Part shown: in pieces, positions 8,165-17,465 of the stretch
Layout of the letters: the number at the start of each line of letters is the position of its first letter
How positions within the stretch are numbered: position 1 is the stretch's first letter
IMG/VR virus record: IMGVR_UViG_3300015171_000007
Span: 1-53,592 of that record
Reading direction: 5' to 3' (one strand)
From: a virus
Lineage: Duplodnaviria > Caudoviricetes
Length of the DNA: 53,592 nucleotides
The notes under the pieces: model-generated
Database searches by the model: none
What the model saw: only the letters and a program-made list of their open reading frames with translations
What the model was told of the DNA's origin: nothing
Position numbers and translations under genes: made by a program

Positions 8165-8631
8165 AGAAGGGGCCGACCCCGCCGCGCAAGTGGCAGACGA
8201 TGGCGCAGGGCGTCATCACGAACCGCGAGGCGACCGTCGCTCGCGTGAAGCAGGTCCTCGGCCGCGAGCCGACGGCCGACGAGATGATGTCGCCCGAGGT
8301 CTGGCTCAACGACCTCTACGTCGTCGGCGTCGAGCGTCGCGAGAACGGCTCAGTCTCGGTCCTCTCGATTCGTCGGAAGGACCGAGGGTGGGCGCGCGAT
8401 TGGCGACACTTCCAGCGCATCAAGAACGACATCGCCGGACCCGAGACGGAGGCGGTCGAGTTGTACCCGGCCGAGTCGCGCCTCATGGACACGGCTAACC
8501 AGTTTTGGCTCTGGTGCGCCGAGCCGGGCGAGACGTTCTCCATCGGGTTCGATAGCGCGACGACCGTCGCGTCGTCCGACGACGCCGCGCAGTTCGGCGC
8601 CAAGCAGCGAGACCTCGAGGAGGATTCATGA
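8161..8631 (+). CDS. conserved hypothetical phage protein
   Basis: RDWRHFQRIKNDIAG.E.EAVELYPAESRLMD.AN..WLW motif. Confidence 0.7.
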   Translation: MKKGPTPPRKWQTMAQGVITNREATVARVKQVLGREPTADEMMSPEVWLNDLYVVGVERRENGSVSVLSIRRKDRGWARDWRHFQRIKNDIAGPETEAVELYPAESRLMDTANQFWLWCAEPGETFSIGFDSATTVASSDDAAQFGAKQRDLEEDS

Positions 8632-8843
8632 GCGGCCAGCGAATCGGCGAGCGACGGTTCCGCAAGGAGCACCCGCACCTCGTCGCCGCGCTCGAGGCGC
8701 GCGGGTGGCGCATCGAGACGACCACGAACGGGCACCTACGGTTCATGCCGCCGGACGGCTCGAAGCCCATCCTCGCGTCGGGTACGCCCCGATGCGCGTG
8801 GAACCTGACCGTGCATGAACTAAGAAAGAAGGCCGGACTATGA
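8628..8843 (+). CDS. HicA-like (dsRBD-fold) protein
   Basis: LEARGWRIETTTNGHLRFMPPDG...SGTP pattern, 71 aa. Confidence 0.55.
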   Translation: MSGQRIGERRFRKEHPHLVAALEARGWRIETTTNGHLRFMPPDGSKPILASGTPRCAWNLTVHELRKKAGL

Positions 8844-9121
8844 GCGCGTTTCACATCTTCCACGACCTGCTCTCGGGGCTCGGGTGGCTCCTCCTCGCGA
8901 CGATGGTCTACGGCGTCGTGTTACTCGCGCTCCGAGGGCTCATCGCCCTTCTCGAGCGACCGGCGACTTTCACGCTCACCGTGCCGTCGACGGTCGGCGT
9001 GCGACCCGGGATGTTCGTCGTCATCGAGGGCGAGGGGCTGGCGACGTTTCACTACGAGGTCGTCGAGGTCGTTTCGCCGACGGTCGTTAAGTGTCTCAAG
9101 GCGGGGAGGTGGCACCGATGA
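8840..9121 (+). CDS. small membrane protein
   Basis: N-terminal TM segment; coupled start and stop. Confidence 0.55.
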   Translation: MSAFHIFHDLLSGLGWLLLATMVYGVVLLALRGLIALLERPATFTLTVPSTVGVRPGMFVVIEGEGLATFHYEVVEVVSPTVVKCLKAGRWHR

Positions 9122-9261
9122 CTATGAACCAATGCCCCGAGTGCGGCGACCCGGTCGTTCTGACCCGGTCGCAGGAATCGGCGACCGACGTCAAGTGTCC
9201 TCCGTGCCAGTTCGAGACGAACGAGGGGCTCGACCGCGAGCGTGAGGAGGCGGGCGCGTGA
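9118..9261 (+). CDS. 47-aa zinc-ribbon protein
   Basis: CPEC...CPPC; fills the gap with overlaps at both ends. Confidence 0.5.
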   Translation: MTMNQCPECGDPVVLTRSQESATDVKCPPCQFETNEGLDREREEAGA

Positions 9262-9722
9262 AGCGGTCGCCGATGCCGCCGCGTAAGACCGGGCTCAAGC
9301 GGACCGGCATCGCCCGCAAAGCAGGATTAGAGGCCTCTCCGGGCGGTCTAACGCGGACGTCGATGAGCAGTAAGCCGACGAAGCGGCAGTCGGACTTCAA
9401 CCGTGAGTTCGAGGCGATGAAGCCGGTCGTCAAAGCACGGTCACGGGGCTACTGCGAGTCATGGCCGTTTGTTCGGGACAACTGCCCGGAGGAGGCTCAA
9501 GACCTGTACCACGCGGCGCCAATCGCGGGGACGTGTCAATTCAAGAACCCGGTCCACGTCCACCACCGAAAGTATCGGAAGCGCGGCGGAACGAACTCGC
9601 CCATGAATCTCCTCCACCTATGCGAGCCGTGCCACTCATGGATTCACGCGCACGGCAAGACGGGCGGACCGGCCAACCTTCTCGGGCTCGCGCTCGGGGC
9701 GAACGAGAGTGAGGAACTATGA
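9258..9722 (+). CDS. HNH endonuclease
   Basis: HVHHRKYRKRGGTNSPMNLLHLCEPCHSWIH. Confidence 0.85.
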   Translation: MKRSPMPPRKTGLKRTGIARKAGLEASPGGLTRTSMSSKPTKRQSDFNREFEAMKPVVKARSRGYCESWPFVRDNCPEEAQDLYHAAPIAGTCQFKNPVHVHHRKYRKRGGTNSPMNLLHLCEPCHSWIHAHGKTGGPANLLGLALGANESEEL

Positions 9723-10150
9723 AGCATCGTTGCGTCATCGTCGACATCGACGGAACCGTCGCGATACACGAGGGCGACCGAGGTCATTTCGAGTGGGCGC
9801 TCGTGCCGAACGACCTGCCGAACGAGCCGGTCGTAGAACTGGTCTACGAACTCATGCACCGAGGCCATCGCATCCTCTACGTCTCGGGGCGCGAGGCGGT
9901 CTGTCGTGACGATACGCTGACGTGGCTTGACTCCTACGACATCGGCATCGGCGACGACACCGAGCACGCGCTCTACATGCGGCCGACCGGCGACTACCGC
10001 GCCGACACCATCGTCAAGCGCGAAATCTACGAGCGCGACATCGAGCCGCACTACTACGTGTGGCTCGTCCTCGACGACAGAGATTCAGTAGTCGAGATGT
10101 GGCGCGGGCTCGGCCTGACGTGCTTGCAAGTCGCGAGAGGAGATTTCTAA
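9719..10150 (+). CDS. HAD-family phosphatase (PNKP 3'-phosphatase-like)
   Basis: DIDGT, SGR, LYMRPTGDYRADTIVKREI and LDDRDSVVEMWR motifs. Confidence 0.85.
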   Translation: MKHRCVIVDIDGTVAIHEGDRGHFEWALVPNDLPNEPVVELVYELMHRGHRILYVSGREAVCRDDTLTWLDSYDIGIGDDTEHALYMRPTGDYRADTIVKREIYERDIEPHYYVWLVLDDRDSVVEMWRGLGLTCLQVARGDF

Positions 10151-10307
10151 TGGACGTTCGGATTCAACGACTCCCGCAACTCTGGTGCTGTTGGGATGGG
10201 TGTCATACCGGCGGACAGTGGGGCGTATTTGACGGTGATGAGTTCGTCGGCGACTTCTGCAAGCGTCACGCCGATGCGGAGAAACGGCGCATCGAGAGGG
10301 GTGACTA

Positions 10308-10745
10308 ATGGCGCTTCTCAACTACACCACGAAGGTTCCGACGTCGACGACAATCGGAGTCGTTACACGCCTGCTCGTTAATGCCGGGGCGCGTCAGGTC
10401 ATGACAGAGTACGACGAGGCCGGTGAGCCGAGCGGTCTTACGTTCTCCATCGTCACCTCATTCGGGGTTCGCGGGTTCACGCTTCCAGTACGTGCCGAGG
10501 CTATTGAGCAGATTCTCGAACGAGATGTGACCGACCGTCGCTATAGGGGCGTAGAGCAGTCGCACCGCGTCGCGTGGCGCATTATCAAGGATTGGCTCGA
10601 GGCGCAGTTGGCGCTCATCGAAACGGAGATGGTCACCTTCGACCAAGTGATGCTTCCCTACATGAGGACACTCGATGGCGGCACGATGTACGACGCCTAC
10701 CGCGAGGGACTCGGTACACAGCCCGCTCTAGGGACAGGCGCCTAA
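10308..10745 (+). CDS. conserved hypothetical phage protein
   Basis: NYTTKVP...RVAWRIIKDWLEAQLALIE...LPY. Confidence 0.7.
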   Translation: MALLNYTTKVPTSTTIGVVTRLLVNAGARQVMTEYDEAGEPSGLTFSIVTSFGVRGFTLPVRAEAIEQILERDVTDRRYRGVEQSHRVAWRIIKDWLEAQLALIETEMVTFDQVMLPYMRTLDGGTMYDAYREGLGTQPALGTGA

Positions 10746-11428
10746 TGGCGACCGGGTGGACGTGCGAGGCGTGCCCCGAGCGCGGCGAGGGCGACTCGAC
10801 CGTCGCGATGTACGAGGAGGCCGAGGCGCACAAGGCCGAGACGAATCACGGCGTCAAGGTTCACTACCTCTCGCTCGACGAGTTCCGCGTTCGACGCGCG
10901 CACAAGAAGTTCGTCGAGTCGCGCGGCGGTCGCGAGTCGCGGCTCATCGCGGGACCGCCGCCTGACTTGTTCTCGGTCGTGACGTCATTCTCCGCTCCGC
11001 TCCTCGACGTCGACCCGTCGGCGAACGACACCATCGGCGACGCCGTCTCCCCGGCGTTCGACCATCACCGGACGCTCCTCGACGGTCCGAACGCCGTGCA
11101 TCACGACGACCCGTGGACCTCTCACGCCGCCGCGATGAAGTCGCTCGCGAAGTCGAAGGGCAACCGACGCCGGATGCTCGAGGCATACCGGACGTTCGGG
11201 CCGATGACCGACCACGACGCGGGAGCGGCCGCGAACGTCGTCACCGAGTACGACGGGCCGAGGACCGCGACGTGGCTTCGCAAGCAGGGTCTCATCGAGT
11301 TCACGGGCGTCGTCGGGCGCTCGCCTCGAGGGAATCCGGCCAACCTCTCGCAGATAACGTCTCTCGGCGCGAGGGCGCTCGCGAATGTAGACTCGAGTAG
11401 CAGTTCAACCATGCAGGGGAAAGGGTAA
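10745..11428 (+). CDS. hypothetical protein with Zn-finger and C-terminal winged-helix-like region
   Basis: CEAC...H..ETNH; DPWTSHAAA...GPMTD...LRKQGLIE. Confidence 0.55.
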   Translation: MATGWTCEACPERGEGDSTVAMYEEAEAHKAETNHGVKVHYLSLDEFRVRRAHKKFVESRGGRESRLIAGPPPDLFSVVTSFSAPLLDVDPSANDTIGDAVSPAFDHHRTLLDGPNAVHHDDPWTSHAAAMKSLAKSKGNRRRMLEAYRTFGPMTDHDAGAAANVVTEYDGPRTATWLRKQGLIEFTGVVGRSPRGNPANLSQITSLGARALANVDSSSSSTMQGKG

Positions 11429-11430
11429 TT

Positions 11431-11712
11431 ATGGCGTACAACGACGGACCGGCGGAGGTCGACGTGAATCGCGGACTCGTCACGAGTCACGACTCGCTCT
11501 CGGAGCAACTCAAGGTGCTCGCCGAGGACATCACGGCGCTCGAGCGTCGACTCGAGCCGGTGTTACGAGAGGAGAAGCAGAAGGGCGACGTACTCGCGCG
11601 CGCGCTCGTCGACGGCATCTCGCCGCTTCACGCGAAGGCGGAGCAAGCCGTCAACGAGGTCCGATGGCTACGCGCTCGCGTTCAGGAAATCGACTCGCGG
11701 GTGGCGCTGTGA
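11431..11712 (+). CDS. coiled-coil hypothetical protein
   Basis: ORF in operon, heptad pattern. Confidence 0.6.
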   Translation: MAYNDGPAEVDVNRGLVTSHDSLSEQLKVLAEDITALERRLEPVLREEKQKGDVLARALVDGISPLHAKAEQAVNEVRWLRARVQEIDSRVAL

Positions 11713-12131
11713 CGCCGGTCGAGCCCGTCGAGCCGGGTGCCGGACTCGGGAAGTACAAGGGCCACCAGATAACGGGCACGAGCATCGTGCTCACGAACCT
11801 CGGCGACGGTCTCTCGAAGGCGGTCGAGGTCGAGCCGCTCATCGTCAAACTAAACGACGTCGTGTTCATCGCGGTCAAGGCGAAGAAGGTCAACGACAAG
11901 TACGTCCTAGAGGTCGACCAGAAGTCGGGCAAGGTCATGGGCGTCGAACTCGTGCAGACGTTCTCGGCGACGGCGGCGACGTTCGCGGACGAGGCTCTCG
12001 TCTCGGAGGCCATCGAGTCGATGAGTGAGCGCATCCGCAAAGAGGAGGACGAGCGCGCCGGTCGACTGACCCTCGGCATCGGCTCGCTCGACGACGCGAG
12101 AGCGAAGAAGGACGCGGCGTCGAATGGCTAA
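11709..12131 (+). CDS. hypothetical protein
   Basis: GTGA-coupled start, typical codon usage. Confidence 0.6.
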   Translation: MTPVEPVEPGAGLGKYKGHQITGTSIVLTNLGDGLSKAVEVEPLIVKLNDVVFIAVKAKKVNDKYVLEVDQKSGKVMGVELVQTFSATAATFADEALVSEAIESMSERIRKEEDERAGRLTLGIGSLDDARAKKDAASNG

Positions 12132-12339
12132 CGCGCGCGTCCCGAGTCGCGAGCGCGACCTCCGACGGCTCGGCGAGATTGCCGACGTCCTCGACGAGGC
12201 GAAGCGTGCCGTACGCGAGCGCGAGACCATCTGGCTCCGTCGACTCGAGGTCGCCGACTGCTCGCAGAGCGACCTCGCTCGCGAGTCGAGGGTGACCCGG
12301 GCGATGGTCCAAAAGGCCAAGCGGGACGCCGAGGGGTAG
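12124..12339 (+). CDS. small HTH DNA-binding protein (candidate operator-binding regulator)
   Basis: SQSDLARESRVTRAMVQK helix-turn-helix; last gene before the 12433 operator. Confidence 0.6.
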   Translation: MANARVPSRERDLRRLGEIADVLDEAKRAVRERETIWLRRLEVADCSQSDLARESRVTRAMVQKAKRDAEG

Positions 12340-12432
12340 GGCGAGTCCCGGGGTTTCTCCGAAGAAATCTTGAGAACCCGGTGATTTAGCGGGGTCTCGG
12401 GAGGGCGGTTCGAGCGCGCGTCACTCGGGTCG

Positions 12433-12482
12433 CGTATACTCGGGTATACGGGGAACCCCGGGAAGTACCTTGGACAGAGGAG
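12433..12482 (+). promoter_or_regulatory. 50-bp promoter/operator/RBS cassette, copy 2
   Basis: Near-identical to 7577..7626; -10 TATACT at 12435-12440. Confidence 0.85.
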
Positions 12483-12487
12483 TCAGA

Positions 12488-13288
12488 ATGACCGTAGTTA
12501 CCGAAACCACCACCGAAGTTACCGAGCCGAGCCTGCACCTCGAGTCGGCCGAGACGCTCGAGTTCGTGTTCGTCGCGAGCGCGAAGCAGGACGTAGCGAT
12601 GAACGAGGCCGGGCTCGTCGCCGACTACGCGGGAGGGTGGAGGTATCCGAAGGGCACCGCGAAGGCGCGCTACACCATCAACGCGACGAAGGTCGGCACC
12701 TACTCGCTCGCGCTTGGCAAGGTCGTCAAGTCGAACGAGTCGATGCGCCGCTCGGCGAACGCCTGCATAAAGGCGCTCGTCGACGGCTTCGCCGAGGCGG
12801 TCGACAAGATGGAGCAGCGAAACGCGAGTATGGTCCGCGCTGCGCAGTACGAGGTCGCTCAGTCGCGTCGTACGTTCGAGTGGCACGTCGAGTACGCCGC
12901 GAGAAACGGCGACCGAGTCCAGGCCGACGCGTTCCACGGAGCGACGAAGTCGGCCGCGCGGTACTCGTACTCATTCGCTGGCGTCGAGGTTTCGGCGTTC
13001 GCGAAGATTGCCAAGGAGGGCGACGTCGCGAAGTACGGTGACACGTTCGCCGTCGAGGTCGGTCAACCGCTCGTCGGGTGGGAAATCGACGGCGAACCGT
13101 TCCGTGACCCCGAGGTCCTCTACGTCACGTTCCTCGAGGCGAAGGGCGCCGCCAACACGAAGTTGTGCGAGAAGGTTCTGGCCTACCGCGACAACGAAAT
13201 CGAGCAGGGCGAGAGCATGATGCGCGCGCTCATCGCGGCCGGGTTCGACCCGTTCGCCGCCTGCGAGAAGGGAGGCGAGAACAACTGA
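12488..13288 (+). CDS. hypothetical early protein
   Basis: Strong RBS GAGGAG, typical codon usage. Confidence 0.75.
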   Translation: MTVVTETTTEVTEPSLHLESAETLEFVFVASAKQDVAMNEAGLVADYAGGWRYPKGTAKARYTINATKVGTYSLALGKVVKSNESMRRSANACIKALVDGFAEAVDKMEQRNASMVRAAQYEVAQSRRTFEWHVEYAARNGDRVQADAFHGATKSAARYSYSFAGVEVSAFAKIAKEGDVAKYGDTFAVEVGQPLVGWEIDGEPFRDPEVLYVTFLEAKGAANTKLCEKVLAYRDNEIEQGESMMRALIAAGFDPFAACEKGGENN

Positions 13289-13355
13289 GCGAAACGCGGC
13301 GCGCGACCACTTCGCGCCCGCGTCCACCGGGCCAGTAGTCCCGGTGCTGACGAGC
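13281..13355 (+). ncRNA. type II hammerhead ribozyme
   Basis: GC-GAAA(13291)-stem III-GTC(13322-24)-stem I CACCGGG/CCCGGTG-CTGACGA(13347)-GC; loop I CCAGTAGT can pair with upstream ACAACTG. Confidence 0.88.
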
Positions 13356-13392
13356 AAATGACCCGTCTGAAATCTTGGACAAGGAGCATCAC

Positions 13393-14613
13393 ATGAACAC
13401 AGGCATCAAACTCGAAACGCGGAACGCGAGTCTCTCAGACCTCGCCGACCTCCTCAAGGACCAGCAGGCCGCGAAGGTCGACCTCGTCGTGCCGATGTCG
13501 AAGTTGACGTCGCGCGACGGCGTCATCGCCGTCGACGGCTCGGGCGTGTTCACCGACCAGAGGTTCGCGCCGACGGCTATCGCCGACGGACACCTCGCCG
13601 AGAAGTTGGGCGTGCCGGTGACCTACCTCCGCAAGATGCGGGCCGGGCGCGTCGACCTCTACGACGCGAACGTCAACGGGTGGGCGAAGGGCTCTATCCA
13701 CGAGGGCATCGCGGCGGGAGGCAAGGCCGACGCGCGCTCGGTGCTTCTGCGTACGTTCCAGTCGGGCGACCCGAGCGAGGTCGGCGTCTTGCGCGCGGTC
13801 CTCTCGGACAAGTACGGCATCATCGACAACTTCGACGTCCTCGTCGCGGCGCTCGAGGGCGCTCGTGACGCGGGCACCGAGGTCGAGGTCGTCGGGTGTG
13901 ACCTGACCGAGACGAGGATGACGGTCCGCATCGCGGCGCCAGAAATCTTCACCAACGCGCCGGAGTTGCTCAAGGGCTACCGTAACCCGTTCGGCGGCGA
14001 CGGCGTCTACGACCACTCGAACGGCCAGCGCCGATTCCTCCCGACGATTCCGCAGTGGGCGAAGGACAAGTTCGGCGCCGACGACAACGGCGTCGTGTTC
14101 GCGGGGCTCGTCCTCGCGAACTGCGAGACGGGCGGCGGGGCGTTCACCATCGTTCCCCGGTTCACGGTCCTCTCGTGCCTTAACGGGATGATGATGACGC
14201 AAGACGCGCTCCGCCAGATTCACCTCGGCGGGCAACTCGAGTCGGGCGTCGTCAAGTGGTCGGGCGACACGCAGCAGAAGGCGCTCAAGTTGGTCACGGC
14301 GCAGGCGCGCGACGCGGTCGCGTCGTTCCTCGACCGCGACTACATCGACGCCTCGCTCGCGAGGTTGGCGGAGAAGGCGGGCGTCGCGGTCACGAACCCG
14401 GTCAAGGCCATCGAGGTCGTCGCCAAGACGCTCTCCTTCACCAACGAGCAGCGCGACGGCATCCTCGACCACTTCATCCGGGGCGGTCAGGTCACGGCGG
14501 GCGGCGTCATGCAGGCGGTGACCTCGTTCGCGCAAACCGTCGAGTCGGCGGACGCGGCCTACGACCTCGAGGCGACGGCGGTTCGCGCGCTCGAGATTGC
14601 GGCGGCGCTCTAA
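13393..14613 (+). CDS. DUF932/DUF945-like protein
   Basis: RAVLSDKYGIIDN, NCETGGGAF, CLNGM, RQIHLG and VMQAVT motifs. Confidence 0.7.
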   Translation: MNTGIKLETRNASLSDLADLLKDQQAAKVDLVVPMSKLTSRDGVIAVDGSGVFTDQRFAPTAIADGHLAEKLGVPVTYLRKMRAGRVDLYDANVNGWAKGSIHEGIAAGGKADARSVLLRTFQSGDPSEVGVLRAVLSDKYGIIDNFDVLVAALEGARDAGTEVEVVGCDLTETRMTVRIAAPEIFTNAPELLKGYRNPFGGDGVYDHSNGQRRFLPTIPQWAKDKFGADDNGVVFAGLVLANCETGGGAFTIVPRFTVLSCLNGMMMTQDALRQIHLGGQLESGVVKWSGDTQQKALKLVTAQARDAVASFLDRDYIDASLARLAEKAGVAVTNPVKAIEVVAKTLSFTNEQRDGILDHFIRGGQVTAGGVMQAVTSFAQTVESADAAYDLEATAVRALEIAAAL

Positions 14614-14640
14614 TGACCTCTGGGGCTCGTACGACCTCCC

Positions 14641-14675
14641 GGCGAAGGGCGGCGCCTTCGGGCGCCGCCCTCGCC
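14641..14675 (+). terminator. GC hairpin with UUCG tetraloop after the DUF932 gene
   Basis: GGGCGGCGCC-TTCG-GGCGCCGCCC. Confidence 0.55.
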
Positions 14676-14717
14676 GAGAATCGCCAAATAGGACCCGATG
14701 CGGGGCAACCGGCAGAG

Positions 14718-14936
14718 GTGGCCGAGGCTCGGGTCGGCTCGCGCATCCTTCGGGTGGGCGACGTCGTCCGCATCGAGGGCGAGCGGGGCACGTTCGAGGT
14801 GTTCGGGTTCCGCGTCGAGCAGGGCGCCATCGCGTGCGCCCGGGTGTTCGGCGGCGCGGCCGGTCGTCATCACTGGCGCTACTTCCGGCTCGAGCGCATC
14901 GGCGCTCGCAAGCGCACACCGAAGGAGGAGGCATGA
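14718..14936 (+). CDS. small SH3-like hypothetical protein (start uncertain; 14613 possible)
   Basis: LRVGDVVRIEGERGTFEV...WRYFRLERI. Confidence 0.55.
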   Translation: MAEARVGSRILRVGDVVRIEGERGTFEVFGFRVEQGAIACARVFGGAAGRHHWRYFRLERIGARKRTPKEEA

Positions 14937-15145
14937 CCGACCTCCGGGCTTCGCTCGACCTACGTCCTGACCTCGCGGCGATACTCGTCGACCGCGAGGA
15001 GCAGGCTCGTCTTGACTCCGAACTCGACCTCGACCTCCGACGGGTCGAGGTCGAGTTCGGGCCCGAGATGGCTCGGCTCGACGTCGAGTTCGGCACGTCG
15101 GGCATCTCACGCCGCGAGGCGATTCGGCGAGGATGGGCGTCATGA
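14933..15145 (+). CDS. hypothetical protein
   Basis: RBS GGAGGAGG, ATGA coupling. Confidence 0.6.
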   Translation: MTDLRASLDLRPDLAAILVDREEQARLDSELDLDLRRVEVEFGPEMARLDVEFGTSGISRREAIRRGWAS

Positions 15146-15420
15146 GTGACCGCTACGAGCGCCTTGGGGACCTCCGCTACGTTCCCTACGACGGCGACGG
15201 CTCGTTCTCGTGGCCGCTCGACGTCGACAAGTGCCTCGCGTGCGGGTGCCTCGTCGACCATGACTTCCTCGAGAATCACGACGACCTCCACGGCTCGCCG
15301 TGTACGTGTGGCGCCGTCAAGATTCCGTGGGGCTCCGAGCCGGGCGCGACGCGCGTCGTCGACGGAGTCCGCCACCAGTCCGACGGGACACATTGCTACC
15401 GATGCGACGGTGAGCGATGA
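15142..15420 (+). CDS. Cys-rich hypothetical protein
   Basis: CLACGC, CTCG and HCYRC motifs. Confidence 0.55.
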   Translation: MSDRYERLGDLRYVPYDGDGSFSWPLDVDKCLACGCLVDHDFLENHDDLHGSPCTCGAVKIPWGSEPGATRVVDGVRHQSDGTHCYRCDGER

Positions 15421-15677
15421 AGCGCCACGTCGACTACGTCGTGACCCTCGTCGACCGGACTAAGACGAAGCGCGTCGAGGTGGGCGCGCGGGCTCTCTAT
15501 ATCGACGCCGAGGCGCTCGGCCGTCGTCGCGAAGGAAACGGCCTCCACTACTCCATTAGCCGCCGCTCGGTCGCACCCGTCGAGCAACTCGAGGTCGCGA
15601 TGCCGTCGCATTGGGACGTCCCGCTCGAGGCGTACCGCATCTATCACACCGGCCAACCAGAAGGAGAATCGACATGA
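15417..15677 (+). CDS. hypothetical protein
   Basis: ATGA-coupled ORF. Confidence 0.55.
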   Translation: MKRHVDYVVTLVDRTKTKRVEVGARALYIDAEALGRRREGNGLHYSISRRSVAPVEQLEVAMPSHWDVPLEAYRIYHTGQPEGEST

Positions 15678-16048
15678 CAGACCAGACCACGACGCCGCCG
15701 ACCGCCGCCGACCTCGCGAGGGCCGTCCAGTTCGCACCGGCATGAGCGCGCGGGTGCTCGAGTGAGTGAGATGTGCGGCGCGTCAAGTTGGCGCGCCGTA
15801 GCAAGGGCAAAGGGGAAATGATGTTTAGAACGGCAGATGACTATGAGGCGATGGCGCTCGCCGCGCTCGAGAACGCGTCGAGCACCGACGTCGATGGGAT
15901 ACGGGCGTACTACATCGGCGTCGCGCAGACCGACGCGACGCTCGCGCTCGCCTCGGCGACCGAGGCGCTGCGTAAGGTAACGGAGCGGTCGAGGGTATGA
16001 ACTTTCAGGGAATGAGCGGCCCGTGGTGCGAATAGAGAGTGGGTACTA

Positions 16049-16213
16049 ATGGTGTTGGACTTCTGTTGGGCTGCTCTCATTGTGGTATGTGTGGTGCAGA
16101 TTCATGTAACTCTAAAAGAGTGGAGAGTTGATAAGTCGTGGGTCTATTTTGGTATCGCGTTCGGGTTGCTTGCTATTGCTGTTATCAGCGTCATGTTTGT
16201 GAGTTGGTACTGA
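16049..16213 (+). CDS. 54-aa two-TM membrane protein on a low-GC insert
   Basis: MVLDFCWAALIVVCVVQIHVTLKEWRVDKSWVYFGIAFGLLAIAVISVMFVSWY; not in the ORF track. Confidence 0.6.
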   Translation: MVLDFCWAALIVVCVVQIHVTLKEWRVDKSWVYFGIAFGLLAIAVISVMFVSWY

Positions 16214-16380
16214 TGAGCGAGGCGGGTAGGGCGGCGAAGGCCGTAGTGGAGTTGGTGCTACAGCGTGTGGCCGACCTCATCAACTCACGCCAATGGCCCG
16301 AGCCCACCGTCTCGCTCGCCCGAGTGGTGGAAGTGCTGGAGGGCGAGAGTCGCCGTCAGGAAGTTGAGAACGGTGGGTAA
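16213..16380 (+). CDS. hypothetical protein
   Basis: TGATG-coupled start (MSEAGRAAK...). Confidence 0.5.
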   Translation: MSEAGRAAKAVVELVLQRVADLINSRQWPEPTVSLARVVEVLEGESRRQEVENGG

Positions 16381-17160
16381 GTTCAAGCCCCGCGTTAAGG
16401 GCTTCGTCGACTGGACGGCCGACGACCGGCTCCGGCTCGCCGCCGTTTGTCAGGCGCTCGGCGTCACTTTCGAGGAGTTCGTCCATGAAGCGACGATGCA
16501 GGCGGTCGACGAGGTCGAGGGACCGGACGGACCGTTCGGCATCTCGGCGCGAGTCCGCCGAGCAGGTGTCGAGGGCGCGGCTCTCGAGCGTCAGTCTGTA
16601 CGCACCGTCGTTACGAACTGCACCTGCACCGATGACCCGAGGGCGCCGGGCCGCGTCCGCCTCGAGCACGGCCATTGGGCGAACCACCAGTGAAGCGTGA
16701 CCGCTGGCGACCCGGGTGGTGGACCCGCTGTAAGAACCGTACCTCGACCGGCCGACAGTGCCGCCTCCACGCCGACCCGCCACACATGGAGCATCGCTGG
16801 TGGAACTCGAAGGGCACGACCGACCGATGGTGGGGACTGTGAGATACCACCACGGACGACCGCAGGGTCCGGCGCGCTCGCCCTCGCGATGGTCGAGCGA
16901 CCTCATCGACTACCCGGACCTCTCAATCCCGGCGCTCTCGCCCGAGGAGTGGTTCACCTACGAGAACAATGTCCGCGCCGCTCTCGGTGTCGCGCCGCTG
17001 ACCGGCCGACCATGACAGGGCCCGAGCAGCGGATGGCTGAGTTCGCCCGGGTCCATAAGGAGAACGAGGACGGCCTCGCCCGGATGGACGCCTCCTACGC
17101 GGCGGTCCGGGCTCTCGTCGTCAAGGGCAACGCGAAGAAACTCGAACGGGTGCTGGCGCC

Positions 17161-17442
17161 ATGACCGCGTATCGGCGAATCATCCTCGAGTGTGATAGGT
17201 GCTACACCATCTACGACGACCCCGACTCGACGTCGCGCGCCGAGGCAGTCCTACGAAGCGGCTGGAAGTGCGAACCTGACGGCACTCACCTGTGCGTAAG
17301 TTGTCAATCAGCGGCCTACCGCGCGACGCGGGCTCGACACGAAGCCCGTCGAGCGAAACTCCGAGAGTACGAGTCGACGCCGCACTCTCTCTCGCTCGAG
17401 GACCTCATACGTCTCGCGCCGAAGGGTGTCACACAGCCGTAG
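17161..17442 (+). CDS. zinc-finger hypothetical protein
   Basis: CDRC...GW...HLCVSC. Confidence 0.6.
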   Translation: MTAYRRIILECDRCYTIYDDPDSTSRAEAVLRSGWKCEPDGTHLCVSCQSAAYRATRARHEARRAKLREYESTPHSLSLEDLIRLAPKGVTQP

Positions 17443-17465
17443 CGGCACACAGTAGAGTCACTGGA

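Noticed and set aside
13435-15393. 652-aa minus-strand ORF, and similar long antisense ORFs such as 40416..41714 and 48936..50222
   Set aside because: Shadows of GC-rich + strand genes; Arg-rich, no motifs, and fully overlapping well-supported genes
16138-16212. Cys-rich N-terminus of track ORF 16138..16380
   Set aside because: Better explained by the overlapping two-TM ORF 16049..16213 and a coupled ATG at 16213
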